Below, piece by piece: positions 17,066-25,339 of a stretch of DNA of 64,000 nucleotides; within the stretch, counting starts at the first letter, position 1, and the number at the start of each line of letters is the position of its first letter. The notes under the pieces were generated by a model that saw nothing but the letters and a program-made list of their open reading frames with translations, did not search any database and had not been told where the DNA came from. Source of the stretch: an uncultured Anaerolineaceae bacterium (GTDB lineage Bacteria > Chloroflexota > Anaerolineae > Anaerolineales > Anaerolineaceae); assembly GCA_942491385.1 (NCBI GenBank), contig CALOAF010000007.1, forward strand, positions 63,613-127,612. Direction: 5' to 3'. Both the position numbers and the translations under genes were made by a program.

Positions 17066-19201
17066 CTATTTAAGTTGCCAGGCAGGATGCATTTCTGATG
17101 AATCAGGACTTAACGTTAGGTTGGTCTGATTTTGACCATCGATATCCATGATATAAATTTCCAGGTTGGTATCGCGATTGGATTGGAAAAGTAGCCAGGT
17201 TGAATCGGGTGACCAGGCCGGGTATGAATCGAAGGTGGTGTTGGTCAATCGTTTTACTTCCATACCATAAGATTGGATGCGGGTTAGATAGACATCCTGT
17301 GTGCGACCCTGAACATTGGTATATGCCATCCATAATGCATCTGGAGACCAGGCGGGATCCCCCACATATTTCAAACGCATGAAGAACATATCACGATCCA
17401 GGTCAACAAAATCCTGTTGGGGGTCACGCATCCACAAATATCTTAAACTGGCTGAAGGAAGCACATAAACCAAACGATCCATCTTGGGAGACCATTCTGG
17501 AGAGAATTCCTGCTTATCAGTGCTCAATCGTCGCAAATCTGATCCATTCGGTCTCACAATCATTATTTGCAAAATTCCGTCAGAGCGGTTATCAGTTGTG
17601 AAAACAATCCATTCTCCATCGGGCGACCAGGCAGCTTCTGTTTCATTACCTGGAATCGTAACAATATTTGACAAATCTGTTCCATCTGTATTAATGGTGA
17701 ATAAATCAATTTTATTTTCAGTATCGCCCGTTTCGGCAGAAAAAATGATTTTTGTTCCATCGGGAGACCAGTTAGGATATGATTTGTCACCGGGATTGGT
17801 GGTTAATTGTGTTTGATCTCCCGCGACCAAAGTGCCATCTGGTTGTTGATAGATCTTCATCGTCCAAAGTTGAAAAGTCTGGCCATCGCCAGCATCACTG
17901 ACATAAGCTACAATCCCATCGCGGCCAATGCTGGGAATTGACTGGGTAGGAGCGATGGTTGGTTCAGGGATATCAGTTGCGGTTGGTTCAGGAACCTCAG
18001 TGGCTGCGAGAGTTTCGGTAGGTAAAGTTTCTGGGAGATTTGTGGTGGTAGGTTCTTCAATTGGTGCTACGATTGGAGCAGATGTTTCTGTAAAAAGAAC
18101 AACGTTCACCGTTGCTGGTGGTGTTTCCGTCTCTGCAAAGAAATTATTCCACACAAACCAACCTCCACCAACCAGTACGATAGCCCCCAGGATTAAAATG
18201 ACGGGAATCAACCAGATCAACCTGGATTTTTGTTTGGGTTGTGGTTGGGAGGTTGGATAGGAAGGTGGTGCAGAAACCGGGCTGGATGGAACAGGGGAAG
18301 ATGCTCCAACGCGGGTGGCTTCTGCGCTTATGACCGGTTGAGGTTTCTGAACTTGTGTTGCCCTTCCAGCAGCGATCATCGTTTCGTCGCGATCAGGAAC
18401 GTTGGATTGCCGTAACGCCTGAGTGAATTCCAGAATGGAAGCATACCGGTCCTCAGGTTTTATCGATAACGCTCTCATAATTACTTCTTCCACGTGCGGA
18501 GGGACATCGGGATTAAGTTCATGAATCGGTTTAAGAGTTGCCTGACCGAGAAGACGTTCAACTGCGTCTACAGGTTTTTCATTGGTCAATAAATTGTATA
18601 AAGTGGCAGCCAATCCAAATTGATCGGAGTAATGACCAGTCCGTCCAGAACCGTATTGTTCAGGAGGGGAATATCCGGGAGTGAGACCTTTCGCCCCGGT
18701 CGAAGTTTCCTGTGTGATATCTGAGGATTTTGCGATCCCAAAATCTACCAGAATTACCTCACCACGAGGTGTAATTTTGATATTTCCCGGTTTAATATCG
18801 CGGTGAATAACCGGAGGCTCCTGTGTGTGAAGATAATTTAGCGCTTTTCCGAGTTCTTTCGCCCAATAAATTACCTTGTCGACATCCTGTTTTCCATCCC
18901 GTTTGACAATAGTACCTAAATCATCGCCAGGAATGAAATCCATCACCAGGTACTGGCTATCCTCAATCACAAAATAATCGATCACCCGGGGAAGATTGGG
19001 GTGCCGCAACCCGGCTAATAAACGCGCTTCCTGTAAGAATTGTTCTCGTCCTTCCTCACGTGGGTTCTGATTGATTTTAACTGCCACTTTTGTTTGCAAA
19101 ACAGTATCCAAAGCCAAATAAACAGCTCCCATACCACCCTTACCAAGTTGTTTTTCAATTCGGTAGCGATCACGTAAGAAGGTATTGTATTCAAGTTCCA
19201 T
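17066..19201 (-). CDS. Ser/Thr protein kinase, single TM, extracellular TolB-like (PD40) beta-propeller
   Basis: Kinase motifs HRDIKPGNIKI, VDFGIAK and GYSPPE. These are followed by a Pro-rich linker, a TM segment LIWLIPVILILGAIVLVGGGWFVW, and repeated WSPDG/SPEWSP propeller motifs. Confidence 0.9.
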   Translation of the reverse strand: MELEYNTFLRDRYRIEKQLGKGGMGAVYLALDTVLQTKVAVKINQNPREEGREQFLQEARLLAGLRHPNLPRVIDYFVIEDSQYLVMDFIPGDDLGTIVKRDGKQDVDKVIYWAKELGKALNYLHTQEPPVIHRDIKPGNIKITPRGEVILVDFGIAKSSDITQETSTGAKGLTPGYSPPEQYGSGRTGHYSDQFGLAATLYNLLTNEKPVDAVERLLGQATLKPIHELNPDVPPHVEEVIMRALSIKPEDRYASILEFTQALRQSNVPDRDETMIAAGRATQVQKPQPVISAEATRVGASSPVPSSPVSAPPSYPTSQPQPKQKSRLIWLIPVILILGAIVLVGGGWFVWNNFFAETETPPATVNVVLFTETSAPIVAPIEEPTTTNLPETLPTETLAATEVPEPTATDIPEPTIAPTQSIPSIGRDGIVAYVSDAGDGQTFQLWTMKIYQQPDGTLVAGDQTQLTTNPGDKSYPNWSPDGTKIIFSAETGDTENKIDLFTINTDGTDLSNIVTIPGNETEAAWSPDGEWIVFTTDNRSDGILQIMIVRPNGSDLRRLSTDKQEFSPEWSPKMDRLVYVLPSASLRYLWMRDPQQDFVDLDRDMFFMRLKYVGDPAWSPDALWMAYTNVQGRTQDVYLTRIQSYGMEVKRLTNTTFDSYPAWSPDSTWLLFQSNRDTNLEIYIMDIDGQNQTNLTLSPDSSEMHPAWQLK

Positions 19202-19462
19202 AATAAAAATAACTCCTTCAGGACGAAAAAAAGATATGCTAAGTGTATGTTAAATAGGGCTAATTTGCAAATATTGCAGAGAGGTTGGTTTTAGGAAAAG
19301 GTTGGAAACTTAACTAATGAAGGTACATAACTTAATTTATCATAGTACTGCAACATCTCAATATTGAGAAAACTAAACAGCAATGAATCAATTGATGAAG
19401 TAATTTATATGCAGAATTAAAGAATCTTAAAAAATTCCTCGTAAACCAGCACATTGATAACG

Positions 19463-19491
19463 TTGACATCAGGTATTCTTTATAGTAAACT
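19463..19491 (+). promoter_or_regulatory. Candidate promoter for tRNA-Lys
   Basis: TTGACA (19463-19468), a 17-nt spacer, then TAAACT (19486-19491), about 12 nt before the tRNA 5' end. Confidence 0.3.
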
Positions 19492-19503
19492 TTCAGTCGT
19501 TAT

Positions 19504-19575
19504 GGGCGCGTAGCTCAATGGTAGAGCAGTGGCCTTTTAAGCCATTGGTTCAGGGTTCGAGCCCCTGCGCGCTCA
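19504..19575 (+). tRNA. tRNA-Lys (anticodon UUU)
   Basis: Folded by hand. Acceptor GGGCGCG/CGCGCTC, D arm GCTC/GAGC, anticodon stem GTGGC/GCCAT with loop CTTTTAA, T arm CAGGG-TTCGAGC-CCCTG, discriminator A. CCA is not encoded. Confidence 0.95.
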
Positions 19576-19594
19576 CTTTTTATTTAATTAGAGA

Positions 19595-19644
19595 ATTGGT
19601 TCGGGTACCCGAGGGGATTTCAATTCGAGCCCCTGTGCTCTCAC
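19595..19644 (+). repeat. Degenerate direct copy of the tRNA-Lys 3' half
   Basis: ATTGGTTC (19595-19602) matches tRNA 19544-19551. TTCGAGCCCCTGTGCTCTCA (19625-19644) matches tRNA TTCGAGCCCCTGCGCGCTCA (19556-19575) at 18 of 20 positions. The copy is interrupted by a ~17-nt insert containing the palindrome CGGGTACCCG. Confidence 0.7.
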
Positions 19645-19750
19645 AAAATTTCTTGAGAAATCAGAAATTTATTTTTATATCCAGGGATACAATAATTTCT
19701 CGAATTTTTTAGGTTTTTTTATTAACAGGAAAATAAACGGTTTAACCATA

Positions 19751-19766
19751 TGGTCAGGGTTCGACC
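19751..19766 (+). repeat. Possible second, shorter tRNA-Lys T-arm fragment
   Basis: TGGTCAGGGTTCGACC compared with tRNA TGGTTCAGGGTTCGAGCC. Only an 11-nt exact core (TCAGGGTTCGA) is shared. Confidence 0.3.
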
Positions 19767-19871
19767 ACAGGATAATCAATGGTAGATTAATCTTTAGTCT
19801 AGAGCGGTATGTGATATACGACTGGGAACCTTGAAAGATAAATATCCTCCAATTTGGTATACAATATTAAA

Positions 19872-21719
19872 ATGGGTATTAATTACCAAAACAGTAGACC
19901 AACGCTTGGTGTATTAGCTGGATGGCAATTTTACCGGACAGCCACAAACCTCAGCTATCTGGATCCAGTGTTTCGCGGAATCAGTCGCGCTGCTCACGAT
20001 TTTGGTTGTAATTTACTGTTAGGTTGTGGTCTCGGACCTTCAGCTAGTCTTTCTGATCCTCTTCGACCAGCCTGGCCTATGATATCCTCAGAAAATGATT
20101 ACGTGCCAATTGGACCTGAAAATACGGATGGACTCATTATCGCCAACCCACTTCACTCCAATGCAAGATCAGAATATGTAAAGAAGTTGATGGCTGCTGG
20201 ACATCCAGTATTGTTTATTGGTTCTGGTGAAAAGGGTCCAGCGATCGTTGCGCATAATACCCGCGGTATTTTGGATGCTTTGCAACACCTGCAATTTCAT
20301 GGCCATAAACGTGTGGCTTTCATTGCAGGCACTGTAGAAGATATGGAAGGGGATAGTGGGGAACGTTTGAGGGCTTACCAATTAGGTTGTGAACAATTTG
20401 GTTTTGTTCAAGACCCAAGTTTGATCGTCTATGGCAGGCATGTTTATCCAGGCGGTTTTCATGCAATGCAGGAGTTGCTGAATAGTGGGGTTGATTTTAC
20501 AGCTGTACTGGCAAGTAATGATGAGTCTGCATTAGGTGCCATAAAAGCTCTTGAAGAGGCTGGCAGAAAAATCCCACAGGATGTGGCTATTATAGGTTTT
20601 GATAATAGACTTGAGGGAACTGTAAATGAACCTGGGCTCAGTAGTATACATGTTCCCTTATTCTCGCTCGGTTATCGTGCTGTTGAATTGATGCTTGAGC
20701 ATCTTGATGGCAGTACTGCATTAAATGAACGCGAGTATGTAGGAACTCGTCTCGTTATCCGGGAATCATGTGGATGTAACCATTCAATGGATATCGAAAA
20801 TGATCCTGCATTTAATATGGAAATACAATTTCCTGATAGTGATGAACAGATTTCGTATCTTGGTGGGTTAATTTCGGCAGCGGTTATGAACCAGGCACAA
20901 AATCTTACCGAAGAAAAATGCTATTCATTATCCCAGAACCTGGTAAATGCTTTTCTGAGAGGAAGTCAATCCGGTAATAGTCAAACTTTTAGCCAAATAC
21001 TTGATGAGACGCTCCGAATAACGACAAGCAGTAATGATGATCCTCACATCTGGCAAGCTGCACTGTCTTTACTGGAAAAATGGAGCACGGAATCATACGG
21101 AAAGATCCTTTCATTCGGTTCCATCAGCAAGAATATGATTAGTGAGGGTCGCTTAAAGATCAGTCTCCTGGTTCAGCGATACCATAGCCAGTATGTGATC
21201 GATGAACGTTGGAAGTCCAGCCAGATAAGTTTGTTGACAGCAAGGTTGTTAAATGCTCTCGATGAGCAGCAGATTTTTGATATTCTGGCAAAATACTTGC
21301 CATCCATGGATATCAATACAGCAATACTAGCTTTAATAGAATCTAAACAAGGGGATCTGGTTCAAAACTGGACTATTCAGAATTTATTAGCTCGTGATCA
21401 AAATCCAAACGAAACTGATATTCTGGAGTTTCCTCCACCCCAGTTGTTTATGCCTGATACCCCGTATCAATTAACTTTAATCCCCGTTGTAGATCCTTCC
21501 AGACAGCTAGGATTCATTGCATTTGATTCTGAGCACTTTGATTTGTATGGAGCAATAGTTCAGCAGTTAGGTGGCGCACTCAATAAAGCCCGGTTATATC
21601 GGCAGGCAACTGAAGGGCGTCGTTTAGCTGAAGAAGCAAATCGCATGAAAAGTAATTTTCTATCCACGATAAGTCATGAATTACGAACCCCTTTAAATTT
21701 AATTGTGGGTTTAAGTTGA
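19872..21719 (+). CDS. N-terminal part of a hybrid regulator: LacI-type PBP1 sugar-binding domain, linker, and HisKA H-box, ending at an in-frame TGA
   Basis: PBP1/LacI ligand-domain pattern (VAFIAGT, AVLASNDESALGAIKALEEAGRKIPQDVAIIGFDN) without an HTH. No signal peptide or TM. H-box STISHELRTPLNLIVGLS followed by TGA at 21717-21719. Confidence 0.8.
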   Translation: MGINYQNSRPTLGVLAGWQFYRTATNLSYLDPVFRGISRAAHDFGCNLLLGCGLGPSASLSDPLRPAWPMISSENDYVPIGPENTDGLIIANPLHSNARSEYVKKLMAAGHPVLFIGSGEKGPAIVAHNTRGILDALQHLQFHGHKRVAFIAGTVEDMEGDSGERLRAYQLGCEQFGFVQDPSLIVYGRHVYPGGFHAMQELLNSGVDFTAVLASNDESALGAIKALEEAGRKIPQDVAIIGFDNRLEGTVNEPGLSSIHVPLFSLGYRAVELMLEHLDGSTALNEREYVGTRLVIRESCGCNHSMDIENDPAFNMEIQFPDSDEQISYLGGLISAAVMNQAQNLTEEKCYSLSQNLVNAFLRGSQSGNSQTFSQILDETLRITTSSNDDPHIWQAALSLLEKWSTESYGKILSFGSISKNMISEGRLKISLLVQRYHSQYVIDERWKSSQISLLTARLLNALDEQQIFDILAKYLPSMDINTAILALIESKQGDLVQNWTIQNLLARDQNPNETDILEFPPPQLFMPDTPYQLTLIPVVDPSRQLGFIAFDSEHFDLYGAIVQQLGGALNKARLYRQATEGRRLAEEANRMKSNFLSTISHELRTPLNLIVGLS

Positions 21720-21722
21720 ATC

Positions 21723-23462
21723 TTGATGGATGAAAGTGATGAAGAAAAATCACTTTTACCAGAGTCAGTTCAAAAAGACATTAGCCGCATCAATGCCTAT
21801 GCTCAACATCTGGGCTGTTTGATCGGTGATGTTATTGATCTGGCCACGAATGAAGCCGGACAATTGCGATTGAATATGGAATTGATTAATTTAGGAGAGA
21901 TGCTTACATTGCTCGCTGATAGTGGTTCTCAATTAACAGCGGACAAAGGCTTGCTTTGGAAAACTGATATACCTCAAAATGGCCCCTTTGTTTGGGGAGA
22001 TCGAACACGTCTACGACAAGTTGTTTTAAACCTTTTGAACAATGCTGTGAAGTTCACAACTTTTGGCTCAGTGAGTTTATTGGTTGCAAGCGGTGATGAT
22101 AGTGTGACAATTTGTGTCTGTGATACTGGTCTGGGAATACCACCTGAAGAGCAGTCTGTAATTTTTAACGAATTTCGTAGATCAGAGCGAAGTATTGCAC
22201 GAGGATACCCAGGTTTAGGATTGGGACTCTCCATTAGCAAGATGCTCGTAGAAATTCACAATGGAAAATTAGAATTAGAATCAACAGGCATTGAAGGGGA
22301 AGGATCCTGTTTTTATTTTACATTGCCCACTGTGGGGCAACCTCCAGAGGAAGAGTTAGTTAATTTCAATTTATCACAAATTAAACCAAATGTATTGATG
22401 TTAGCAACACGAGATAATCGAAGCAAACAGCTTTGTAAACTCTTAGAAAACCGTGGAATCGAAGTGAACGTTGTTCTCATGGATGAACCATCCAAATGGA
22501 TGTCAATGTTAACAAAATCTGTGCCGGATGCGATTATTCTGGATGTAAGTATTCAGTCCGATTCAGCCTGGAATGTCTTGAGAGAAATTAAGAACAGCCA
22601 TTTAGCCAGGGGAATTCCTATCATGTTCTATTCCTCTTCAGATGAAGGTGATGGGTTACTGAATCTTGATTATCTCACCAAACCAATAGAGCTGTCTGAT
22701 TTGACCCGTGCATTTGATCATGTTCGCCTTATGTTTGAATCTGATCAGACTGTAAGGACAATTCTTGTGGTGGATGACGACCCCAATACTTTGGAGGTTC
22801 ATTCTCGAATTGTTAATTCACAATCATCTTCATACCGCGTTTTACAAGCTCCAGATGGATTCAAGGCTTTAAATATACTTAAGCATGAAAAAATTGATGT
22901 GGTAATGTTAGATTTGCAAATGCCTGTATTGGATGGTTTTGGTGTATTGGAGGCAATGCATGCTGACAAAAAGCTACGTGACATCCCTGTAATTGTTGTT
23001 ACTGGAAAAATTTTAACTGAAGAAGATATGGCTCGCTTAAATCAAGGGGTAGCAACCGTTTTAAATAAAGGTATGTTTAGCAGGGAGGAAACTGCATTTC
23101 ACATCAGCAATGCACTGGAACAAAAACGAAAATTAAACCAGGAAGCTCAAAGAATGGTTAGACAAGCCATGTCATATATTCATGAACACTATTCTGAACA
23201 AATATCCAGGCAAGATTTAGCGCAATTTGTCAATATATCCGAAGATTATTTGACATTTTGTTTCAGACAAGAACTTGGAATTTCACCCATAAAATATTTA
23301 CAACGCTTCAGAATCAATCAAGCAAAGCTATTACTTAAAGCAAGTCCAAAAAGCATCACAGAAATTGCTTTTGAAGTTGGTTTTTTGGATAGTGGTTACT
23401 TCAGTCGAATATTTCATCGAGAGACAGGAGTTTCCCCAGGTGATTTCCGGTCATTAAACTGA
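21723..23462 (+). CDS. C-terminal part of the same hybrid regulator: HATPase_c, receiver-like domain, receiver and AraC-type HTH
   Basis: Same reading frame as 19872-21719. Motifs: DTGLGIPPEEQ, GLGLGLSISKMLVEIHNGKLELES, receiver ILVVDDDPNTLEV / VVMLDLQMPVLDGF, and AraC HTH GFLDSGYFSRIFHRETGVSPGDFR. Confidence 0.8.
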   Translation: MMDESDEEKSLLPESVQKDISRINAYAQHLGCLIGDVIDLATNEAGQLRLNMELINLGEMLTLLADSGSQLTADKGLLWKTDIPQNGPFVWGDRTRLRQVVLNLLNNAVKFTTFGSVSLLVASGDDSVTICVCDTGLGIPPEEQSVIFNEFRRSERSIARGYPGLGLGLSISKMLVEIHNGKLELESTGIEGEGSCFYFTLPTVGQPPEEELVNFNLSQIKPNVLMLATRDNRSKQLCKLLENRGIEVNVVLMDEPSKWMSMLTKSVPDAIILDVSIQSDSAWNVLREIKNSHLARGIPIMFYSSSDEGDGLLNLDYLTKPIELSDLTRAFDHVRLMFESDQTVRTILVVDDDPNTLEVHSRIVNSQSSSYRVLQAPDGFKALNILKHEKIDVVMLDLQMPVLDGFGVLEAMHADKKLRDIPVIVVTGKILTEEDMARLNQGVATVLNKGMFSREETAFHISNALEQKRKLNQEAQRMVRQAMSYIHEHYSEQISRQDLAQFVNISEDYLTFCFRQELGISPIKYLQRFRINQAKLLLKASPKSITEIAFEVGFLDSGYFSRIFHRETGVSPGDFRSLN

Positions 23463-23629
23463 TTCTTTATTTCTTTTTGTTTTAGAAAGCTTAAAATATG
23501 GGAGCACAAAATTCCAAGTTCTATGAATCGTTCATACGAGCCTCTTTTTTGTCCTTGTAAAACAACTCTTATGTCTATACAATGTAAATGAAAGCGGTCT
23601 CATGTTGGGAAAAAGGGAACTGGGCAATT

Positions 23630-23824
23630 ATGACGATAACTTTACGAGAAATAGCAAAGCTAGCAAATGTCTCATTGGCAACAGCTTCCCGTGTGATTAA
23701 TGATCGCCCTGGAGTACGCTCTGAGATCCGTGCACGAGTTTGGCAGGTGATCCGTGAAAATGGATATCAACCCAATCAGGCAGCTCGCGCTTTAGCAGCG
23801 TCCCGATCACGAAAAGAACAATGA
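23630..23824 (+). CDS. LacI-family HTH domain only (about 64 aa, no ligand-binding domain)
   Basis: [56 protein letters not shown] is a canonical LacI/GalR HTH plus hinge. The ORF then ends in two stops (TGATAA). Confidence 0.7.
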   Translation: MTITLREIAKLANVSLATASRVINDRPGVRSEIRARVWQVIRENGYQPNQAARALAASRSRKEQ

Positions 23825-23928
23825 TAATCAGGAGGTGAGGTTCTAAAAATAAAATTGGTCTGATCAACCCCAGCAAATTCGTCTAAAAATTAATAAAATC
23901 TATTATCTCACGAAGGAGAAAATCGTCC

Positions 23929-25272
23929 ATGTTTAAGAAAATCTATAAGTTAATAACTATTTTGATGGTCTTTGCTATATTTTTGGCTGCCTGTGCTTCC
24001 ACAGAAACAGCTCCCTCCACTTCTGATGGTGCATCCAATGAACCAGCTCCAGCTGAAGATGTAACCCTACGAGTACTTGTCCACCAAAATCCTCCAATGG
24101 TGGAATTTATGGAAGCTTTTAACAAAAGTTTCAGTGAAAAATATCCGAATGTGACTATTGACATGTCAGTGGTCAATGCAAATGACTTGAGTACTGTAAC
24201 CCAGACAAGATTGACAGCCAATGATATCGACGTAATTGACATTTTTGGTTTTGCGAATGCCGCTCAACCCTATATGAAGATGGTTGATAAACCCAATTGG
24301 CAACAATTGATTGAAGCTGGTTTATTGATGGATATTTCTGATCAGGCATTTGTGAAGAATTATGATCAAGCCACCATTGATGATGCCGGAAGTTTTAATG
24401 GCAAAGTGTATTCAGTCAATCTCGGTAGAGTATCCTATAGTGGTATTTATTACAATAAAGACCTGTTCGCTGCCAATAATGTCACAGTTCCGACTACCTG
24501 GGACGAGTTGGTCTCAGCATGTGAAACATTCACAGCTGCAGGAACACCGTGTATGACTGCTGGTGGTAAGGATGGCTGGCCAATTTTCGTTGGAGCTTAC
24601 GGTTTGACTGGTTCCATTTATCCTGATCAGGCTGCTCTCGTTGAAGGCCTTTGGACTGGAACCATCACATGGAATGACGCAAAAGCGCTTGATATGTGGG
24701 AAAAGATGAAAGTCTATGCCCAGGATATGATGGAAGCTGGTGCGAGTGGTGTAGCAGGTGATGCTGCTCCTGGTCGTTTTGCTTCTGGTGCAGTGGCTAT
24801 GTTCCCTGGTGGTACCTGGTATGCCTCCGCAATCGAAGCTGCAGAACCCGCGTTTGATTGGGGATACATTCCCTTCCCTGGCTCTGATAATGCAGATGAT
24901 AATAAGTACTTGTTTGGTAAATATGATCAGGGATGGGCAATTGCTGCCAATACACCGAACAAAGAAGCAGCTATAAACTACTTAGCTGAGTTCTCAACCC
25001 CTGAAAATTACCAGGCATTTGCTAATGCGGTTGGATTCATTCCAACACAACCAACCGCCACTTTGGAAACCAAAATCGGTGCTGAAGTTGCTCCATATCT
25101 GGCAAATTTCCGTGTCGGTTATGAACAATACTATGTAGCTCCAAAAGGCGCTGGACAATTTGCCAACCCATGGGCTTCATATTTTCAACCCTTTGGTACT
25201 TATGATGATGCCAAAGAACTGGCTGATAAAGTTCAAGCCGATCTTCAATCTGGCCTCGATGCTGTAAAGTAA
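23929..25272 (+). CDS. Sugar ABC transporter substrate-binding lipoprotein (CUT1-type)
   Basis: Signal peptide with lipobox LAACAS, strong RBS GAAGGAG, and length/composition typical of family-1 extracellular solute-binding proteins. Confidence 0.9.
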   Translation: MFKKIYKLITILMVFAIFLAACASTETAPSTSDGASNEPAPAEDVTLRVLVHQNPPMVEFMEAFNKSFSEKYPNVTIDMSVVNANDLSTVTQTRLTANDIDVIDIFGFANAAQPYMKMVDKPNWQQLIEAGLLMDISDQAFVKNYDQATIDDAGSFNGKVYSVNLGRVSYSGIYYNKDLFAANNVTVPTTWDELVSACETFTAAGTPCMTAGGKDGWPIFVGAYGLTGSIYPDQAALVEGLWTGTITWNDAKALDMWEKMKVYAQDMMEAGASGVAGDAAPGRFASGAVAMFPGGTWYASAIEAAEPAFDWGYIPFPGSDNADDNKYLFGKYDQGWAIAANTPNKEAAINYLAEFSTPENYQAFANAVGFIPTQPTATLETKIGAEVAPYLANFRVGYEQYYVAPKGAGQFANPWASYFQPFGTYDDAKELADKVQADLQSGLDAVK

Positions 25273-25284
25273 ATAATAACGTTG

Positions 25285-25320
25285 AAAAGGCTTTCCACCC
25301 ATCGGTGGAAAGCCTTTTCT
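25285..25320 (+). terminator. Strong stem-loop (partial terminator/mRNA stabiliser) after the binding-protein gene
   Basis: AAAAGGCTTTCCACC-catc-GGTGGAAAGCCTTTT forms a perfect 15-bp stem ending in TTTT. It sits 13 nt after the stop and 20 nt before the next RBS. Confidence 0.6.
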
Positions 25321-25339
25321 ATATAGAAGGAGGAGGATA

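Noticed and set aside
19356-19369. A perfect 14-bp palindrome TCTCAATATTGAGA in the spacer between the kinase gene and tRNA-Lys
   Set aside because: It is AT-rich sequence in an AT-rich spacer, occurs only once and has no second copy. Chance occurrence is plausible, so it does not support an operator call.
19646-19677. An AT-only hairpin AAATTTCT-N9-AGAAATTT followed by ATTTTTAT as the tRNA-Lys terminator
   Set aside because: The 8-bp stem has a single G-C pair and would be very weak. It is noted but not called as a feature.
21717-21719. TGA recoding (Gly/Trp code or selenocysteine) as the explanation for the in-frame stop in the hybrid kinase
   Set aside because: Multiple genes in the window terminate at TGA, including ATGA overlaps at 5431, 7616, 11436 and 26266. 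No SECIS-like hairpin is evident just downstream, and the position is not a redox Cys/Sec site.
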